Assembly: GCA_002633005.1 (NCBI GenBank)
Contig: NMRA01000477.1
Location: forward strand, 292,397 to 333,220
Direction of reading: 5' to 3'
DNA length: 40,824 bases
Source of the DNA: Phoronis australis
Taxonomy: Eukaryota; Animalia; Phoronida
Made by a program: the position numbers and the translations under genes. Below, piece by piece: positions 1-15,300 of the stretch; the stretch's first letter is position 1, and each line of letters begins with the position of its first letter. The notes under the pieces are model-generated. The model worked only from the letters and a program-made list of their open reading frames with translations, searched no databases and was not told where the DNA came from.

Positions 1-101
1 CGTGAAAAATACACCATTTGCTTAATTTGTCAAATTATTTTCATTTAATGAAAGCATCTTGAAGACAATAGCAACAGTCTCATTAAAACTCCATCACATA
101 C

Positions 102-380
102 CTCCAATACTGCCCTCTGTAGGCGAAATTCCAGTTACGCACAGCTCGTAATCAAACGTCTCTGACACACTTGCCAAACCCTTCCCAATGACATTGACTG
201 TCAGATTCTTGGTACCAGTTGACCCCTCTCCAACAGTGCACTTCAGCTCGGTATCCGTTGCCGCAGTAACGTTGCACAAGGCATTGCCCAACCTCACCAC
301 GTTGCTTGCAATGTCGCTGCTGAAGCCAGTGCCAGTAATAGTCAAGACCTTGCCCATGCTGCAGCCTGCCGCAGCAGAAC
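102..380 (-). CDS. PKHD1L1: Exon 25, IPT/TIG (KVLTITGTGFSSDIASNVVRLGNALCNV...ISPTEGSIG); gene continues beyond the left edge
   Basis: ccttcag| and AG|GTATGT, 279 nt, phase 1 to 1; no stop codon reached. Confidence 0.93.
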
Positions 381-3300
381 CTGAAGGATAAAACATGTAA
401 CATGTTGCTAGCATTCCGGCATTCTTTAAAATTTAATCCAAAGGTAAGTCCAGAAAGTGTTATATTGAATTTTGTTTGAGTAAATAGTCAAAAGTCGCAC
501 AGCAAAAACCTCCATACTCATAATTTGAGCACGAAAACCATGAAACGGGTCGTTCAGCAAAGTGGCGTCCAGAGCCCGTAACCAATCGTTGATGTGAAGC
601 AGGTCATGTTTGGAATGGTTGGCCAACCCTGTTAAAACTAAAGGTTGTTCCGAATCTCATGAAAACACTTATAAATCCTTCCTCCCAACACAAAAAAAAC
701 TTTTGACTTCGACCCTTCCCTATAATGAAATTGGTTTGAAATTGTTTTTAAGTCAAATTAGAAGTGATTTGAGTACTTCAAAAGACCTGACATTTCATTA
801 CTGCTTGAGATGAGGCTCTACAAGTTCACTTCTCACAGAGTGTGTTTCATGTGAGGACAAAACACAGAAATCACTTCCCATCTGAGTGAGGGACAAGGCG
901 AGATCAACTGCAGCAGATGGAATAAATCAAAAGTTCTGTTCTGCTGCGTTAATAGCCAATGCCTGCTTATTTCTGTTACAAAAGAAGAAACATTTTCCAT
1001 GCATAATATGACAACCTTGCATGTTCAAATTCACACCGGGGCTAACTTACCAAATCACTTTTCTGGACAATAATGTCACTTTAAAAGTCGCCCATACACT
1101 TTTAACTTGAGGAATAAAATAAATCAACCATTCATTGTAGAGAGTACGATTTTTATCAAACAGACTGCTGTAAATTATAATTAACTAAAGTTCAATCCTT
1201 TCTGGACAGTATAAGAAAGGTTACTTTAAGAACTTCTCTTGACAGTGATCTACTTAGATGACAAACTAATTATAAACTGACAGCATTCTTTACTTAAGTC
1301 TTACCGCAAGTACATGAGGGTGAAGAATCTACAATAATTATATTATCTCTGAATTTTTCTAAGTAAACAAACATTTCCACATACAGTGATTTTCAAAGTA
1401 ACTCAATCATGCTCAATTCTGACAGTTTCAAAGTGTGAAAGTGTCGCCTAGCATCATGGTAAATTCTCACCAAACACGAACAAAAGAATTCCCAAAAGTG
1501 CTTTTTTTTGATTTTCAAGGGCTTTTAACAATGTTGTGACTGCCTGTAATCTTTTCAAAACTTTGTCTGATAACTGGTACTAGTCTTGGACTTGTAAAAC
1601 CAGTTAATTTAGTCCTGCATATGTTGTACGCGAAAAAAAATTAAGCTTCACTTGTCATGCATGTTGTGTCCTAAATTGGTGAGATGCTAATATCCATATT
1701 CAATATGAAAAGAATCTGATGAAATTCTGGACAAATTTCAGCAAACTCTTAGCTCCTTTGTGTCTTATTGTTCGCAAGATATCTGAAAGAAGTTGCTTGG
1801 TGCAATTACGTCTAACTAATGTTTGAGAGCTGAGCTGTTTTAGCCTAATAAAGATTCAATCCCATTGCTAAATAATACTACCATAAAGTATGTCAAAGTT
1901 CATCAAAGTGTCACAAACCATACTTGTCCGGGTCACTGCCCAGTCGTCTTAATTAGATTCAGGTAATAAGTAGAAGGGAAGTTTTCTGAGCCTCTTGCCT
2001 TGAGCGCCGCGACACTAACTCAGCATCACTTACAAATCATCAAAGTCTGAGGAAAAAACTTACCTGCTGAGGCAGTCAATCCAGTCACCGTTGGAGTCTT
2101 GGAAACAGAGTAGGAGAACGAACAGTTACCACTGCACTTTGTTGGCAGACCATTTACAAGTGCTGAAACCTGGAAGGAGAACACGACAGTAATACTAAGA
2201 AAAGAAACACACGCTGCTTTAAACATCATTGTGTCGTCCTGTTTTACAATTCACACTAGTCACCCCTTATGACTTGGGTGAAGTCATTTGTTAATAATAT
2301 TAACTTTTAATTTTTGATGGCAAGAATGAAAAACACAACAAATGCCAAAAATAATCAGAAAAAGTTCCGTTAGAGCGATATATCCACCATGACATTGGGA
2401 GCTGACTGTGAATTACGACACAGAACTACGCTTTTCCGTCAATCGTCATGTCAAGGAATTCCAAATTATTTTCCCTGATAATTTTTGGTGTTTACTGTAC
2501 ACATAGAATGCATGAAAACAAGCAAAAATTGCTCATTAGCCACCATGACAACCAATCAACTTGTCTAGCATTGTTTCAAGTTGTAACAAATTGCTAGTTA
2601 CTTCCATGCCCAGCACTCGTCTCGACAGAACAAATTGAGACAAAGATCACAAGCGTAAGTAGTCTAAATCATACGTTAGCTTATTGATGAAGAATCAGTT
2701 TATAGCCCTTAATAACCAGTTTATAATGAAATGAATTAATTTTACAGAATAAAAAAGTTACTTAGTCGACGGAGGCTCATAACTCCTTCAAAAATGTTTT
2801 ACGCTCTACCAAAGACAGATACAGTGTGTTTGACATATCAGCAGTAGTTAGTAATATAAACTACAAACTTCCTATGTTACAGGTGAAGTCCAACAATTAC
2901 TTAGATCATTATTGTTGACAGTTACTACCCAAGTAACACTTGGATTGCTAGATTGTGAACATTTACTAAAATCAAATTAACATTTTTGCATGTTTTCACC
3001 AGAAATGCCACAAATTATATTCTGTTCTCTATAAGATATACGACTGCTTCATAAACTGCACGCTGCACTCTTTCACGGAGACAGCTAGCACCATACCTGC
3101 ATGGAGTCACGATGGACCGTCCTGAGGAAGTCTCCCATGATAGGGTCAACGAAAAGGTGACCATCAACCTCATCAACACTCACAGCGACTTGGTGACCAA
3201 GGAGGGAACTGGTATCATCAATCTACCATATAAAACTCAAATGTGTAAAAATCCTTCACTTTGAGACAGTTGCTAAAAATACCCGACTCTATATTTAAAG

Positions 3301-6300
3301 GCTTCGCGTGTTACACTACTGGAAACATGAAAAACTTCCAAAACATAATGTGGTTTAGGCACCAGCTACACCACACAAACTATGGCAAAGGCAAGGTCAA
3401 ATTTAATGACATCAGTAAAAAATTTATAAAGTTTTACAAGGAGGAGTTGCGAAATGTGCCTTGAGGAAAATTTTCAATACAAAGCAACAGTAAACTCAAG
3501 CTTTTCACTCCCATCATCTTTCCATTTCCAAAAATTTTCAAGAGAGGAATTTTTCCACAAATTTCCCCTCAATTCGGAATGCACCTCAGTTTACTTAGCA
3601 AATGATTGTTTGTTAGAACATAATCTGTATTCACTTACACCAATGGGCGGTCGGTTGCCACCAGGGGTCTCCCAGGTCACTTCCCATGAGCGGGAATGGC
3701 ATGTGTCTAGTGTTGTTTTCACTGCAACGCGGTCATTAAAAGCAGACTCGATCGTGTCTCCTAGCTCGGAAGCAAAATTCTTGAACAGTACTGGAAAATG
3801 AGTTTATGAAAATTATGAAGACTCGAATCCTTTGGAAATGAAGTATGTACAGTAGGCATGTGTTATACAACATGGTCAACTATCTGACACTTATTCTTAA
3901 CTGGCATTATTTACCATATTCCGAGATGATGGTCTTTATTTAAGTTTTGACAGGAAACTACTGTGCCATTTTATGACCTCTTTAATAAACTTGATGTACG
4001 TACCACAAAGAGGAAATCTAGATTACAAAATAATACAAATGAAAAACCTAATTTCATTAATTAGAACTTTATGTATCTCAGACCTGTAAGTATTGGTATT
4101 GAAATTATGTTTGCTTTCAACAATTTCACAATTTCAGCTGTACTAACTTTGCTGAAACTAATATGACTTCAGTGAGATTCATCAACGATGAACTTACAAA
4201 AATGTCTACATTAAGAATAAATTCCATTCCTGCATTTGTTACTTTCTAGACTACACTCGAATTAAGAGATATTTGACCGTTTGTAATGCTGCGTAGTTCT
4301 GTTTGCGTGTAACATCAATACTTTGCACACTTGAAAGCCCGCTGTCGCACTTCAATAAAAAGATGCTCTACAGGTGAGCCTACCTGTCTTTTTGGTTCCA
4401 TTAACATTGATGGTGAAGGAGCCTGTCACTGGTCCTGTGGCGTCAGTCTGACGTGTTGTGTCCACTGAACCGGATGGCCACCCTTTACTGTCAGTCTTGG
4501 CAGAGTTGGAGCTGAGACTACCAGATTTAACCTGCAAGAGGAAACATTGGTTCACTGAACTCAGGTGCATGGACAATGCGAGATTTATCACAGAGTTTCA
4601 GTGAGGTCCAGAGATAGTACGTCTACGGTGAGGTTATAGAGAGGGGGTTGGGGTGCTCAACCTTCCTCAATACAATCCGCCATCACTACTGTTGGAGAAA
4701 GTGCATGATACTCACATTAAGGCAATACCTACATACTCTGCTAGCTTGGTAATTGAGTTTGTGTATTCTGATGACAGACCCTTTAGAAAATTATTATATA
4801 ACCTATCTGTTTTAGTAGCAAGTTTTACTCTAAAATGAGGGGTCATGTTCGACTTGTATTTTGAATTAATGGAGAAAAATTCTGCACAATTAAACCTCAC
4901 ATTCGTGACTTTTTTCATTTTGGATGTTTTAACATCATGGTAAATAAATAGAGCAGTTGCATCAGAGTGCTTGGAGCCTTTATTATATTCATTACAGCTG
5001 AAGAGATACATTCAACGTTTACGATTTCCTGATGATGACAAGCGTGTAATGTACCAGGAATACGGTGCACGTAACTTGTCTTGAAAATTTCCAGCAGCGT
5101 GCGTAAAATGTTTGACTTCTAAAACGAAGAATGCCTTTGTGACATAATGTTGGCAAAAATTGAAGGCGAATAAGGACAGGACAGTGCAGAGGTTTAGAGC
5201 GAGGTACCTTACTTATGAGTCTCCTACTGAATTCTGCGTTTGCTGGCAGTCTGTGAGGGTACCACTAACCAACTCTTACTTCCCAGAGTGTAGCATTGAC
5301 ATGACTGCATGACAGGAAGTGATGGTGGTAGGAATGAATTAAGGACAGTCTCATGGAAAGCAGTAATGTGGTAAAAGTTCCTTACTTTAAAAACATGAAA
5401 AACTGTCTCTACTCAAAATGCTGAATCCATCAAAGGGTCACTTTGTAGACCCTTACTATTCATTTTTTGTTCATGACTTGAGTGAAGTATCATATGAACC
5501 ACCTGTTTCTCAAGGTTTATGTAGCTGTTCAATTGAGAACTTACTTAAAATCCTCCAACTTGGGACAACGTTTGCTAAGCCATCAATTACTATTACAGTA
5601 GACTTAATTTGTAAACTGAAGGTGCAAATGCTCAAAATTTTGCAAAATTGAGTTTGTTGACACATGTACCCTACAAACCACATTAGCACCAAAAAACTAA
5701 AATTTTATCCAAGATAATTTATCAAGGAAATTTAAGCAAAAACAGAACTCCACTTGCCTGACGACATTAAGACCAAAACTGAAGAATTTTTTACTGCAAT
5801 TCAAATATGAAAGCCGCTCGCAGTGTATAACTTATAGTAACGATGAAAGACAACAACACACTAACTGATATTTACCTGGCCAAATCTGACCGACAACAGG
5901 CCAAAGTTGTGTTCACAAAATAATGGGTCCATCTCGATTTCAAAGGTCGCAGGGCTACTGGAAGTCTTAGTGACTGAAATGCTGTTCATTAGGGCTCTTG
6001 GTGGAATGCGGATCTTGGACGTCTCTGCAAGAAATGGGAATGGTGATAAATGTATCATAATTAACTTAAGCAGCCAAATATTTTTGACATTCTGGATGTT
6101 TCCAGCAGCAATTCTCAGTGTAGTACCACTAGAGGGCACTGATCAGGTCGAATGATTCCACCATGGAATGGCACTCAGCCAACATGGTCAAGACAATGCG
6201 AGGTAGCACCTAATAAACCTGGTTATTGCCCCCAACCCAAGTATAGCCCAAAGCAATGGATCTTTTCAAACCACTTGTTTTGCTTCCTATAAATTGGGCC

Positions 6301-9300
6301 AATTATTTTGACTTCAAATGCAGTAACAATCAAATGGCCCTAACTTAGAGGATTGTTTCACAAAAGAAGCATGAGGTAGCAGATGGATTATGGGGTGAGA
6401 AAATGGGTGAGCGGCTTCGAGTTTTACCCAACCAGTCAGACCTTGACGGAGATACTTCAAGGATTGTATAGGTCAGAATCAGGTCAGAGAAAATGTCACC
6501 TTTGGTAATCAAAGAACAAGTGAAAAGAGTGAAAAGCAAACAACGCGAAGAACTTCTACCATGTCAATGGAACTTAAAACGGAAACCACCAACTGATCTT
6601 TGAAAACATCACCACTGTCCATCGAATAACAAGTTACATCATGGTGGTAAAACAATGTTCTTCTATTTTTGTAGCTGAAATTACCTTGTGTTAATGGAAC
6701 TTTAGTTGAAACCATAACTTGGTCAACGTAAAAATCTCCCTTGGCCATAGCAGAACGAGATACACGGACGGCACGCAACGTATAGCTTGAACTGCTGTGC
6801 ACCTTGTCGCGAATGTTCAAGCAGGTGTACTGCCAGCTGAAAACAAAAAGAAGATAACTTTGATTATCATTTGGCTTTCCCCAACCATACCATAGTCTCA
6901 GTATCCTTTGAGATTTCAGGAAGGAATTTTGATTACCAGGAATTATCTACGCTAGAGTAAAGTAGGCGTATAAATAGATTTTTTGCAAGTGCCCATTGTA
7001 AAGCATTTAGGTACACTTTAAGAATTAGTAAAGATCACAATAAGCCCTTAGCATGAACAAAAACGTTAAGTTGGCAATAAAATGTTGAAAGCGCTTCATG
7101 TCAGTTAAAAATATCTTCTGCTTCTAGAGAACAGAAATCCTATAATTATATTCGCTTGCCTACCGTTTGTTGTAAATATGGTCGATTTAATTTCACAATC
7201 AGCGACTGGAGTGAACAAATATACCATTAAGTTGCCAATGCAATGTTGACAGTTCTTAATCAAAAATATTTTCAGCTCACATTCAACTAAATTTACTAGA
7301 CACTAAACGTTAACTTCACCAAAGGCACGTGACAAGTGATACGTACTCTCCAGTTCCCACGGGCAATTCAACAGCGCTGTGTCTTCCGTTGAAATATAAT
7401 TCCACAATTTCACCAGCACGAGCTTTGAAACCAAAGCAAAGCTGTAAAAAAAAAACAGCAAAGCAGTGTCATTACAAAAAAAACAGTGCAAATTAGCCTG
7501 CAATGGATAAAGATGGTAACACCGAATCATTCGTTCGGACAAACTATTATGTACAAACCACACCATCACGTGACTGTACGAACATGAAAGCATGCATACG
7601 GACAGCAAGAAAAATCATCGGCACAAAAATTAAACACAAGATCATCGAATCATACATACAAGCCATTAAAAGAAACTGCAGATTATTTCTTGATTTGCTT
7701 TTGGGAGGGAACTCAGACTTTCAGCCACTTAGATAATCAGTGACTACCTGAGGCTACTTGTACCTGTTACAAGACACGAAATACACCAAAATAATGAAAA
7801 CAAAAATCGTAGCCATGTTTTCTACCAGTTCAGCCTTCGCAAAACGGCATTGTTGAAACAATGTATGACTAATCATAATCCCCAGAAACATACACCATGA
7901 TACTTACAGAGTATCCTTTATCATTACGTATCCCAACTCCGTGGATGAGGTACCACGGATTTTTCCACGACTTGGATCCACAGAACGGAACTTCTTTGTC
8001 AGTAACTGATCCACCAGAGATTCTGGGCCTAGAGCCCTCAAAGTCTTCCCAGTAAGGCGTGGTGCTCCATGAGTAGGTGGTCAGGTCTTTGCTGCAACGG
8101 GGTTTGAACAAACCACCCAAAACCTCTTTAACCTAGTAATGGGGACATATTACAGATGAAAGGTTTAAGTGTCTGAAAAGTCACAACAAAACCAAGCCAC
8201 TTGCTCCACCAAAATGGGTTTTGAAATTCCCCTCACCACGGGAACACTTTATTTCCATTGAGATCAAGAACATCTGCAGCATGTACGAATCAGTCAAAAA
8301 CACTTCGAAACCACACAACTGGCCAGTTGTTCCAAAATTTGACAGTTTTTAGTTAGCTGCAGGTCATCTCTAAATTCCAACTAAAAATTGAAACCGCTTT
8401 TATGAAAATAATAAAGCGTACTTTGGCATGTTCAATAAGCTTGTTTCTTTACTTCAAGTTGAGCACTGAGTTGAAAGGAAATGCTGGTTGATGTCCAATA
8501 TTCCATTACGAACTGTTTAATGTTGATCAAAGTGGAGCATCAGTTTTAAACAAGATGAGAAGCATTGAATTGTGGACACTAATTCAAAACATTCCACATC
8601 CAACATAACATGGTGACTGCACGCTGGCTTGACACAATTTAAAACTTGGTTGATGAAGAAGAAACTCGCAAATTCCTTTTCATTCAAGCTCATTTTGTGG
8701 CATTGAACAATCATGCCCATCATCTGAAAAACCCACTGCAATAACCAGTTTTTAGTAATTTCACCACATGACCACTAATTGTTCATAAAGAAACACTGTG
8801 ACATCCCACTGTCATAAACCTTATCAACCTCATAAGTACACTGCAGGTGGCGCTGAACAATATTTCATCTTAAAGTAGCAGATTACTTCACCATATTGCC
8901 ACATCAGCCTGGCAATTCACTCACCGTGTCTGCACTAGCCGTGCTGGAGAAGGGTTCACTATAGGCGTTGCCGTCCATCTGAAGGATAAGTTGGTTGTCG
9001 GGCATTATACCTTCAGTATCCACAGTAACCGACACGGTCATGGTTGCCGACGGATTTTCTTCAGCCACATCTATCTCATGCGTCATTTTCGGGACATTAC
9101 CTGTCAATAACGATGAAGATACACGATAACTTCATTGAAGGTATTGTTTGTTGAACCAGTGTTGAAAAAATAAAAATTTATTTTAGACGTTTTGGCACGC
9201 TATACCAGATGTGTGCAGGCCACTCATATGGACCCCTTGCACTGATCACCTGGGCTTTATTAATGCATAGTTAAAACCGAGCTCTAAATATCTCATCTGG

Positions 9301-12300
9301 CCCCAATGCCTCCCTCTAGTGTTGAAAAACTTGACTACACTTACTCGCTATTTCATTTTTAAGCTGGGTTTGAAAAAGTTGGTAATAACAGTATTCCATG
9401 CAAATACACACAAATTTTAAAGCAGAATGGAATGGAATTGCATTTTTAAGGGAATTTAATGGACAAAATACTACTAAAAAAAATCAGTTTAGAACCTTTT
9501 GCACCGAGAACTCTGATTTATGAAGAAAACAATATCCTTAACAAGGCACAACATTAGCAAGTGATCAGTGTCAATTAAGATAACACTGACCAACAACTAT
9601 TAAGCCTCACGTAAATTGAGCATACAAAGTTACAGAATCTTTCATGGTGCTAAGTTTTGAAACTTTATTTGTTTTCAATAGTACCGTCTGTATCGTAATA
9701 AAACCGATTATAAACACTGATGTCTACACACTTGCTCAAATTCGTTATACAGCGTCGAATTTCCACTTTTGTCTACATAAAGGGCAACTGCCAAATTATG
9801 CCGCACAGAAATAGAAACAACTAACAAAAAAGTGAAGTCGCACTAAGCTTAACATAATCAGCACATACCCGCTTGTGCTGCAAATGTGACGGTGTAGACA
9901 CCGGCACCATTATTCTCTTGCCGGGTGACGGATGTCACAGTCAGCCCCAGGGGCAGGGCTGCCAGTTCACCACGCACGATGCTGTCTCTTTCATCAAATT
10001 TCATCAGGTCTGCAACGAAGACAAAGAATACATATCACACAGTGCCCAATTACACAACATAACACCATTCAGCCAAAGGAGTTTGTTGACTGTTACAACA
10101 CAAGATTCACCACCATTTACCTAATAATTTAATCCAGTTTGAAGTTAGCCATTGCAGCCTGAACTACTTCCAGAGCTGCCTGCGACTTTAAGTAATGACT
10201 TGACAACCATGAGAAATTAAATTTTCTAGAAACGCCTGCGCGTTTAAGGTTGTTCCTTTTTATCATCAACTCTTACTGTTTCGATAAACAAAATTAGGCC
10301 GAGTACAACTATATTCCGATTTTGCTGAATTTAGAGATGGATCTACAATATATGGACAGAGAGAGAGACCACTCACACAGTGTAATTACATGAGCAGCAC
10401 AAAAACACACTTTGTGACAGAAGTCATCTATCGTGAGGGTTTTAACTCCCTCAACCCCCTTGATATGCCACAGTTGTTCTGTTCAATACATTATGATGAA
10501 CTGTCATTTTGTAGTATGATGTCACTACAGGGACATTTGCAGCAGAGACTGATGAAGGTTACAATGGAAACTATTATTTTCTGTAGTTTGCGTTCTTGAT
10601 CAGATTAAAATGTCTCAGTCAGTTAAATTCTTGCTATCCATTACTGAGCAAAACGCCACCTAGAGACCACTCAGCACAACTGGTAGCATTCATATTGTGA
10701 CCTCACACCACTATTGTGGTGCTGTTGATACTGAGGTGGTAAGGATCTATGAAGGAATGTCTGGGACTGTCTTTCGTTAATAACCTGGTCACTGTGCAGT
10801 GGACCAATTTCATTAGCCAGAAACTTTCACTCGTATTTGTCAGTCTTGTTTTGATATTCTTGCGCAGACAAAAAAGCGTAGTAGTTATCTTCTCTATCTA
10901 ATTACTGAAAGCTGAACAAATGAAACAGAGTAAGGAACCAACACTTACAAATGTACCAATGTATTGTTTCATTGTTATGGTGACTCCAAGTGAGACAACT
11001 ATTTTGTTTGTGATGCAATTATACACGTGTGTATGAACAGTTTCAGAGGGGGATACTTTACACTGTCTCTCAAGTATTTTGTTTGTTGTGGAAATATTTC
11101 AGATTGATGTAATAGTATATTAATCTGTAGAATCAGATGTACTTCTACATGTGTGTGTGTGTGCACTCGCAAGTGTGCATGTGCACGCACGTGAGTGTGC
11201 ATGTGCACACACGTGAGTGTACGTGTATATGTATTACATTCATATAATTATATATAAATATATCAATTTGTGTCATTTCGTGAAACTAAGTGTACCAAAT
11301 GAATATTAATGTTCTCTCCACGATACTTGAAAGACAATATAAAAGGAATACACTTAATCCCTATGTCACACATGGTTCTTGGTGGGTGGTCTGTTCCCAA
11401 AGTTGTTTGTAATTCACTAAAAGCGTGGGTCACGCTTTGCCCGATTAGCAGACTTCGAAAGGAATTTTCGTTCAAACTTCTAAGACCTGTCGAGGGGTAT
11501 AGAGCACAATTTTGTTTCAAGAAATTGGATGGGGAAACTTGTTTTTAATATCCGTTAACAGGTCAAAAACGGATTTGGTATCCTTCTAATATACAGAGGA
11601 GAAAAGACTCGGGCTTTGTTTCAGAGGTATGGCACTTACTTGTACACAGGCCAACTATGCAGAGCCTGAACTTTGTATTGAAAACATCAGTAGTGGTCAC
11701 CGTGACTTTCTGAACAGTAGACTTTCCAGAGTGTGATGGGATGCTGTTGAAGACCACCGTCTGCAAGAGATACAAAAATGAGCTCAAAAAGCCTTTCTTG
11801 TCGACAAATAACCGTTATGTAGGACCTTACAGCCAAATGCCTAAAAAACATAGCTTTCAATCCAGTTACATATTTTCAGATAGAAGAAAGCCTTTAGAAT
11901 TTAACTTTTTACTTATCTGCCATTAATTGGGTCACGTAACCATGTCTTTTTAGAAAATTTTAGCAAAAAAGAACTAAGAAATGTACATAGAAAGCAAACA
12001 AAAGTACCAATAAGATTATAAAAATTCATTTGATATTTATCTTCAAGAACAAGGGAGATACAGCAGCGGATGCAGGAGAGAGGGACGGAATGACAGCATA
12101 CCCCATAAAAAAATTATGTACATGTGCGCATAAACATGGTCACTGTCCCCTATGAGATTGAATAGACTGAACCCAATATATATGTGAACGCATAAACACG
12201 GTCAGTGTCCCTTAAGAAACTAAATAGAGACTGAAGATGTGCAACACAAACAGACCTGTTTTTCAAGGCGACGTGTGGATGATACTTTGATTGTTTGTTT

Positions 12301-15300
12301 CTCCATGCGAGCATCACCCGTTTGGTCAACGGTGAACTGTGGTGTGTTGTACGCTTTGAAGGCAACAGCCAGGCCACCACTTTGACCCCAGTTCAAGTGA
12401 AGCGCTTGAATATAGTAACTACAGAAAAATGCAATACATTCTTGAAGTCATACACAGAAACAACAGAATGATGTAGCAGCAAAGTGAATCCTTTTGAAAT
12501 TAAAAACCACCAATTAAGGCTCTAAGTAGAATGCAATTACACAACTGATGACCCTGATACACTTTCAGGATAATGGATGGCACTACTAACAATGACTTTC
12601 CAATGATGGACAATGTGCGTGAATAGTCAAAACTCTGTATGTACGCAATTTAAACGGGGAGCAAGACGCAAAATTGTATGCAGTGTACTATTCCTTTTAC
12701 AACAAGGTCAACCGTACGAGGACATCTACTCCAGGAACGTTGGGTGGAAGTGTTCGACCCACAAACCAAAAGCTTTCTTGACCTTTGCACAATAATCACA
12801 TCCCAAAATACCACAACACCCTCTCTCATTCTGTGGTATTTACCCACAATGCTGTGCACCCACATGGCAACCATCCCACTATATCACTCTGCTGCTGTGG
12901 TTACCACTACTTCACACAATTAGGTGATTTTAATGCCAATAACGTTTCATGGCTGACAAGATAGGCAGGGCTCTATGAATATATGGTTCCTTCCTTAAAC
13001 TTGCCCATTCAGATTAGAAGCATTTTAACAGCAGCCTCGTGTTTTTTAAAGAAGAATTAATTAAACTGAGGACATGACTACAACTTCAAGGATGTTTCTA
13101 GCTTTTTCCTGTTGCAGGAATCCCTGTCTGAGACCTTATGAGGTAGTCATTTAACAGGTTGACCGGTCACTTAAGATGTGAACCTGATATAAATTTACTT
13201 ACCGTTTACCCTTCTCCAGAGTGAACTGCTGGGACGTCTGTGAGGCCTCTTCGGTGTATTTATGGTATGTATACTTTGTTGCGAATGCAACTCGTGTCTG
13301 AAATATGACCATTAGTACTACACTCTACAAATTTTAAGAATAATGAATTCAGATTACCATTCTCATACGGGTTAATGCACACGTTCAGCTAAATGTCCAC
13401 CACAGTATTTCCAAAACACCCGTGCTCTACTTCACAGCCACCCTATAAATACACAGCCCAGGTTTTTGAAAAATTGTGTTTTCAACCCACACATTCAATA
13501 GCAACTCCCATACTTTAATATTTACCAATTTGATATCCTTGAACATTGACCTAGGCAAGAACGGTAACTTGGAAGCAACCCCTGGTCATGTCCTCCAAAA
13601 CCTTTTGCAAGACACGACTATTCAAAGTCGCAGTCAAGATGAGAGAAGCTGCCTTGCATTTCACCCTATTATGCTAGACCTTCAGAATTATTAGGGTTAG
13701 TCGACTGTAAAATTGTGAATCCGAAAATGATGCATGTACACACTGTCTGTGGCTGGAGTTGTGAATGGAAATGGAATCCCACCCATGTAAGGAATGTTAT
13801 AAAACCAACTTTATAAGAGTGAAAAGCTTAATTCTGTTTGTTTCTTTAGCCAACAAAAGGCAGCTTTAAACCCGAGAATACTGTTGAATATTATAGGTTA
13901 TTACCTATAGAGAAATAAACAGAGGTTGTAGGTTGTAGTTATCACATCAATGAAAGACATGTCAAATTCAATGTCCGACTTTAGACTTCACAAAGATTTT
14001 TAGTTTCCAAGCACAATCCCTTTGCAGTCATCTGGTGTAAAAGACCATTGAAAAGGGATGGCAATACCTGACATTCTAAACAATCATCTCCTGTAAGGTC
14101 AATAATTTTAACCTCACCAATAAATTTAGGCTCATCACTCTACATACTTTGAATTAAGTGAAATGTGTTAAATAACTTAAAAAAATGATAAAAGTTCTGT
14201 CTAATGTCAAATTTTCTCCAAAAAGGACCCACCTTGTCCTCAGCTGGACCAGTAGGGCTGAAGTAGAGTGATACAAAATCGTCAGCTTTGGCAAGAAATG
14301 TGTAGTTTCCACTGAATGGTGCCACAAAATACGCCTCTGTCATGCCACCAGCTTTTTCACCAAACTTGATTGTGCAGAACTGATTGGCGGCGTTATCACA
14401 ATGCGACAGACCATCTGACCAATCATTATCCAATGCCGAGCTGAGAGGATGAAGTGTCTCATTAGCGAGATTCTCCATATTGACGTAATTATGTGGTTGT
14501 CCTAACTTGTACACATTACTGCCGCGATTCCCTGAAAACAAAAGCATGAAGTCATTATTCAAGAGTAGTATGAATTTTTGTCGCAGAGAATTATGAACTT
14601 TAAAAGTCGCCAAACATCAATTAGCAACCCCATCTATTGACCAGTCCTTGAACCAGCCCTGCCCACAATGAACTGTCCTGATTTCATTCCTCCGGAGCAA
14701 AACCAGACACTAGGCCCAAACACTAAAATAATACAGTAATTCAACAGGCCAAGAGCACAAGTTGTTGTTCTTGATATAATTGTAACCACGCGTATTGAGG
14801 CTTCAAGATCCAGTGTGAACAATGAATTCAGGACACGATAGAATGATGACATTTCTCTGTCAGGACGTGAAAAGGGAGCTTTTATTTTTTTTACCTGGGA
14901 CTGCTACACTACATTAAAGATATGTCGAGAAAATAACAAGGAGTCATTGCTGTCATGAAGGGGAAATGTAAGTTTACGAATTTAGGGTGTTTAGGTCTGG
15001 GCTTTTTGAAAATACATAGATGAAATAATAACGGTGGTCATTTCCTGTCATGACAAGAAAAGGAATTTTGTAAATTAAAGTATTTTTGGCATCTAGGCTT
15101 AATACAGCATGTTGTAAATACACAAAGGAAATAAGCAAATCTTTTCTGAGTTTTACCTTCATAGTAACCATCGTATTCGCTGGAGGCTGGTTTGGCACCT
15201 GTGATGCAGACCACCTGTGTCTCGCTGAACGATCCCGGCTTTACCTTGCAAGGTACACCTGGTAAACGATGATTGAAGAGTTATTTTTACCAAAAAATAG

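Noticed and set aside
441-725. Possible degenerate Kolobok-like MITE (AGTCAAAAGT / ACTTTTGACT inverted pair)
   Set aside because: Only a 10-bp AT-rich internal match; termini and TSD do not line up.
4712-4830. Possible extra exon (RVKLATKTDRLYNNFLKGLSSEYTNSITKLAEY) with AG/GT-like borders and a faint SEA-domain look
   Set aside because: The open frame starts in phase 2 while the flanking junction is phase 0; exons 20 and 21 join cleanly without it.
7748-7763. 16-nt candidate microexon between exons 17 and 18
   Set aside because: Not a multiple of three; it would break the phase 0-0 junction.
10121-10200. Exon-like segment YLKSQAALEVVQAAMANFKLD in intron 14
   Set aside because: In-frame TAA before the candidate donor; exon 9869-10009 already supplies this region.
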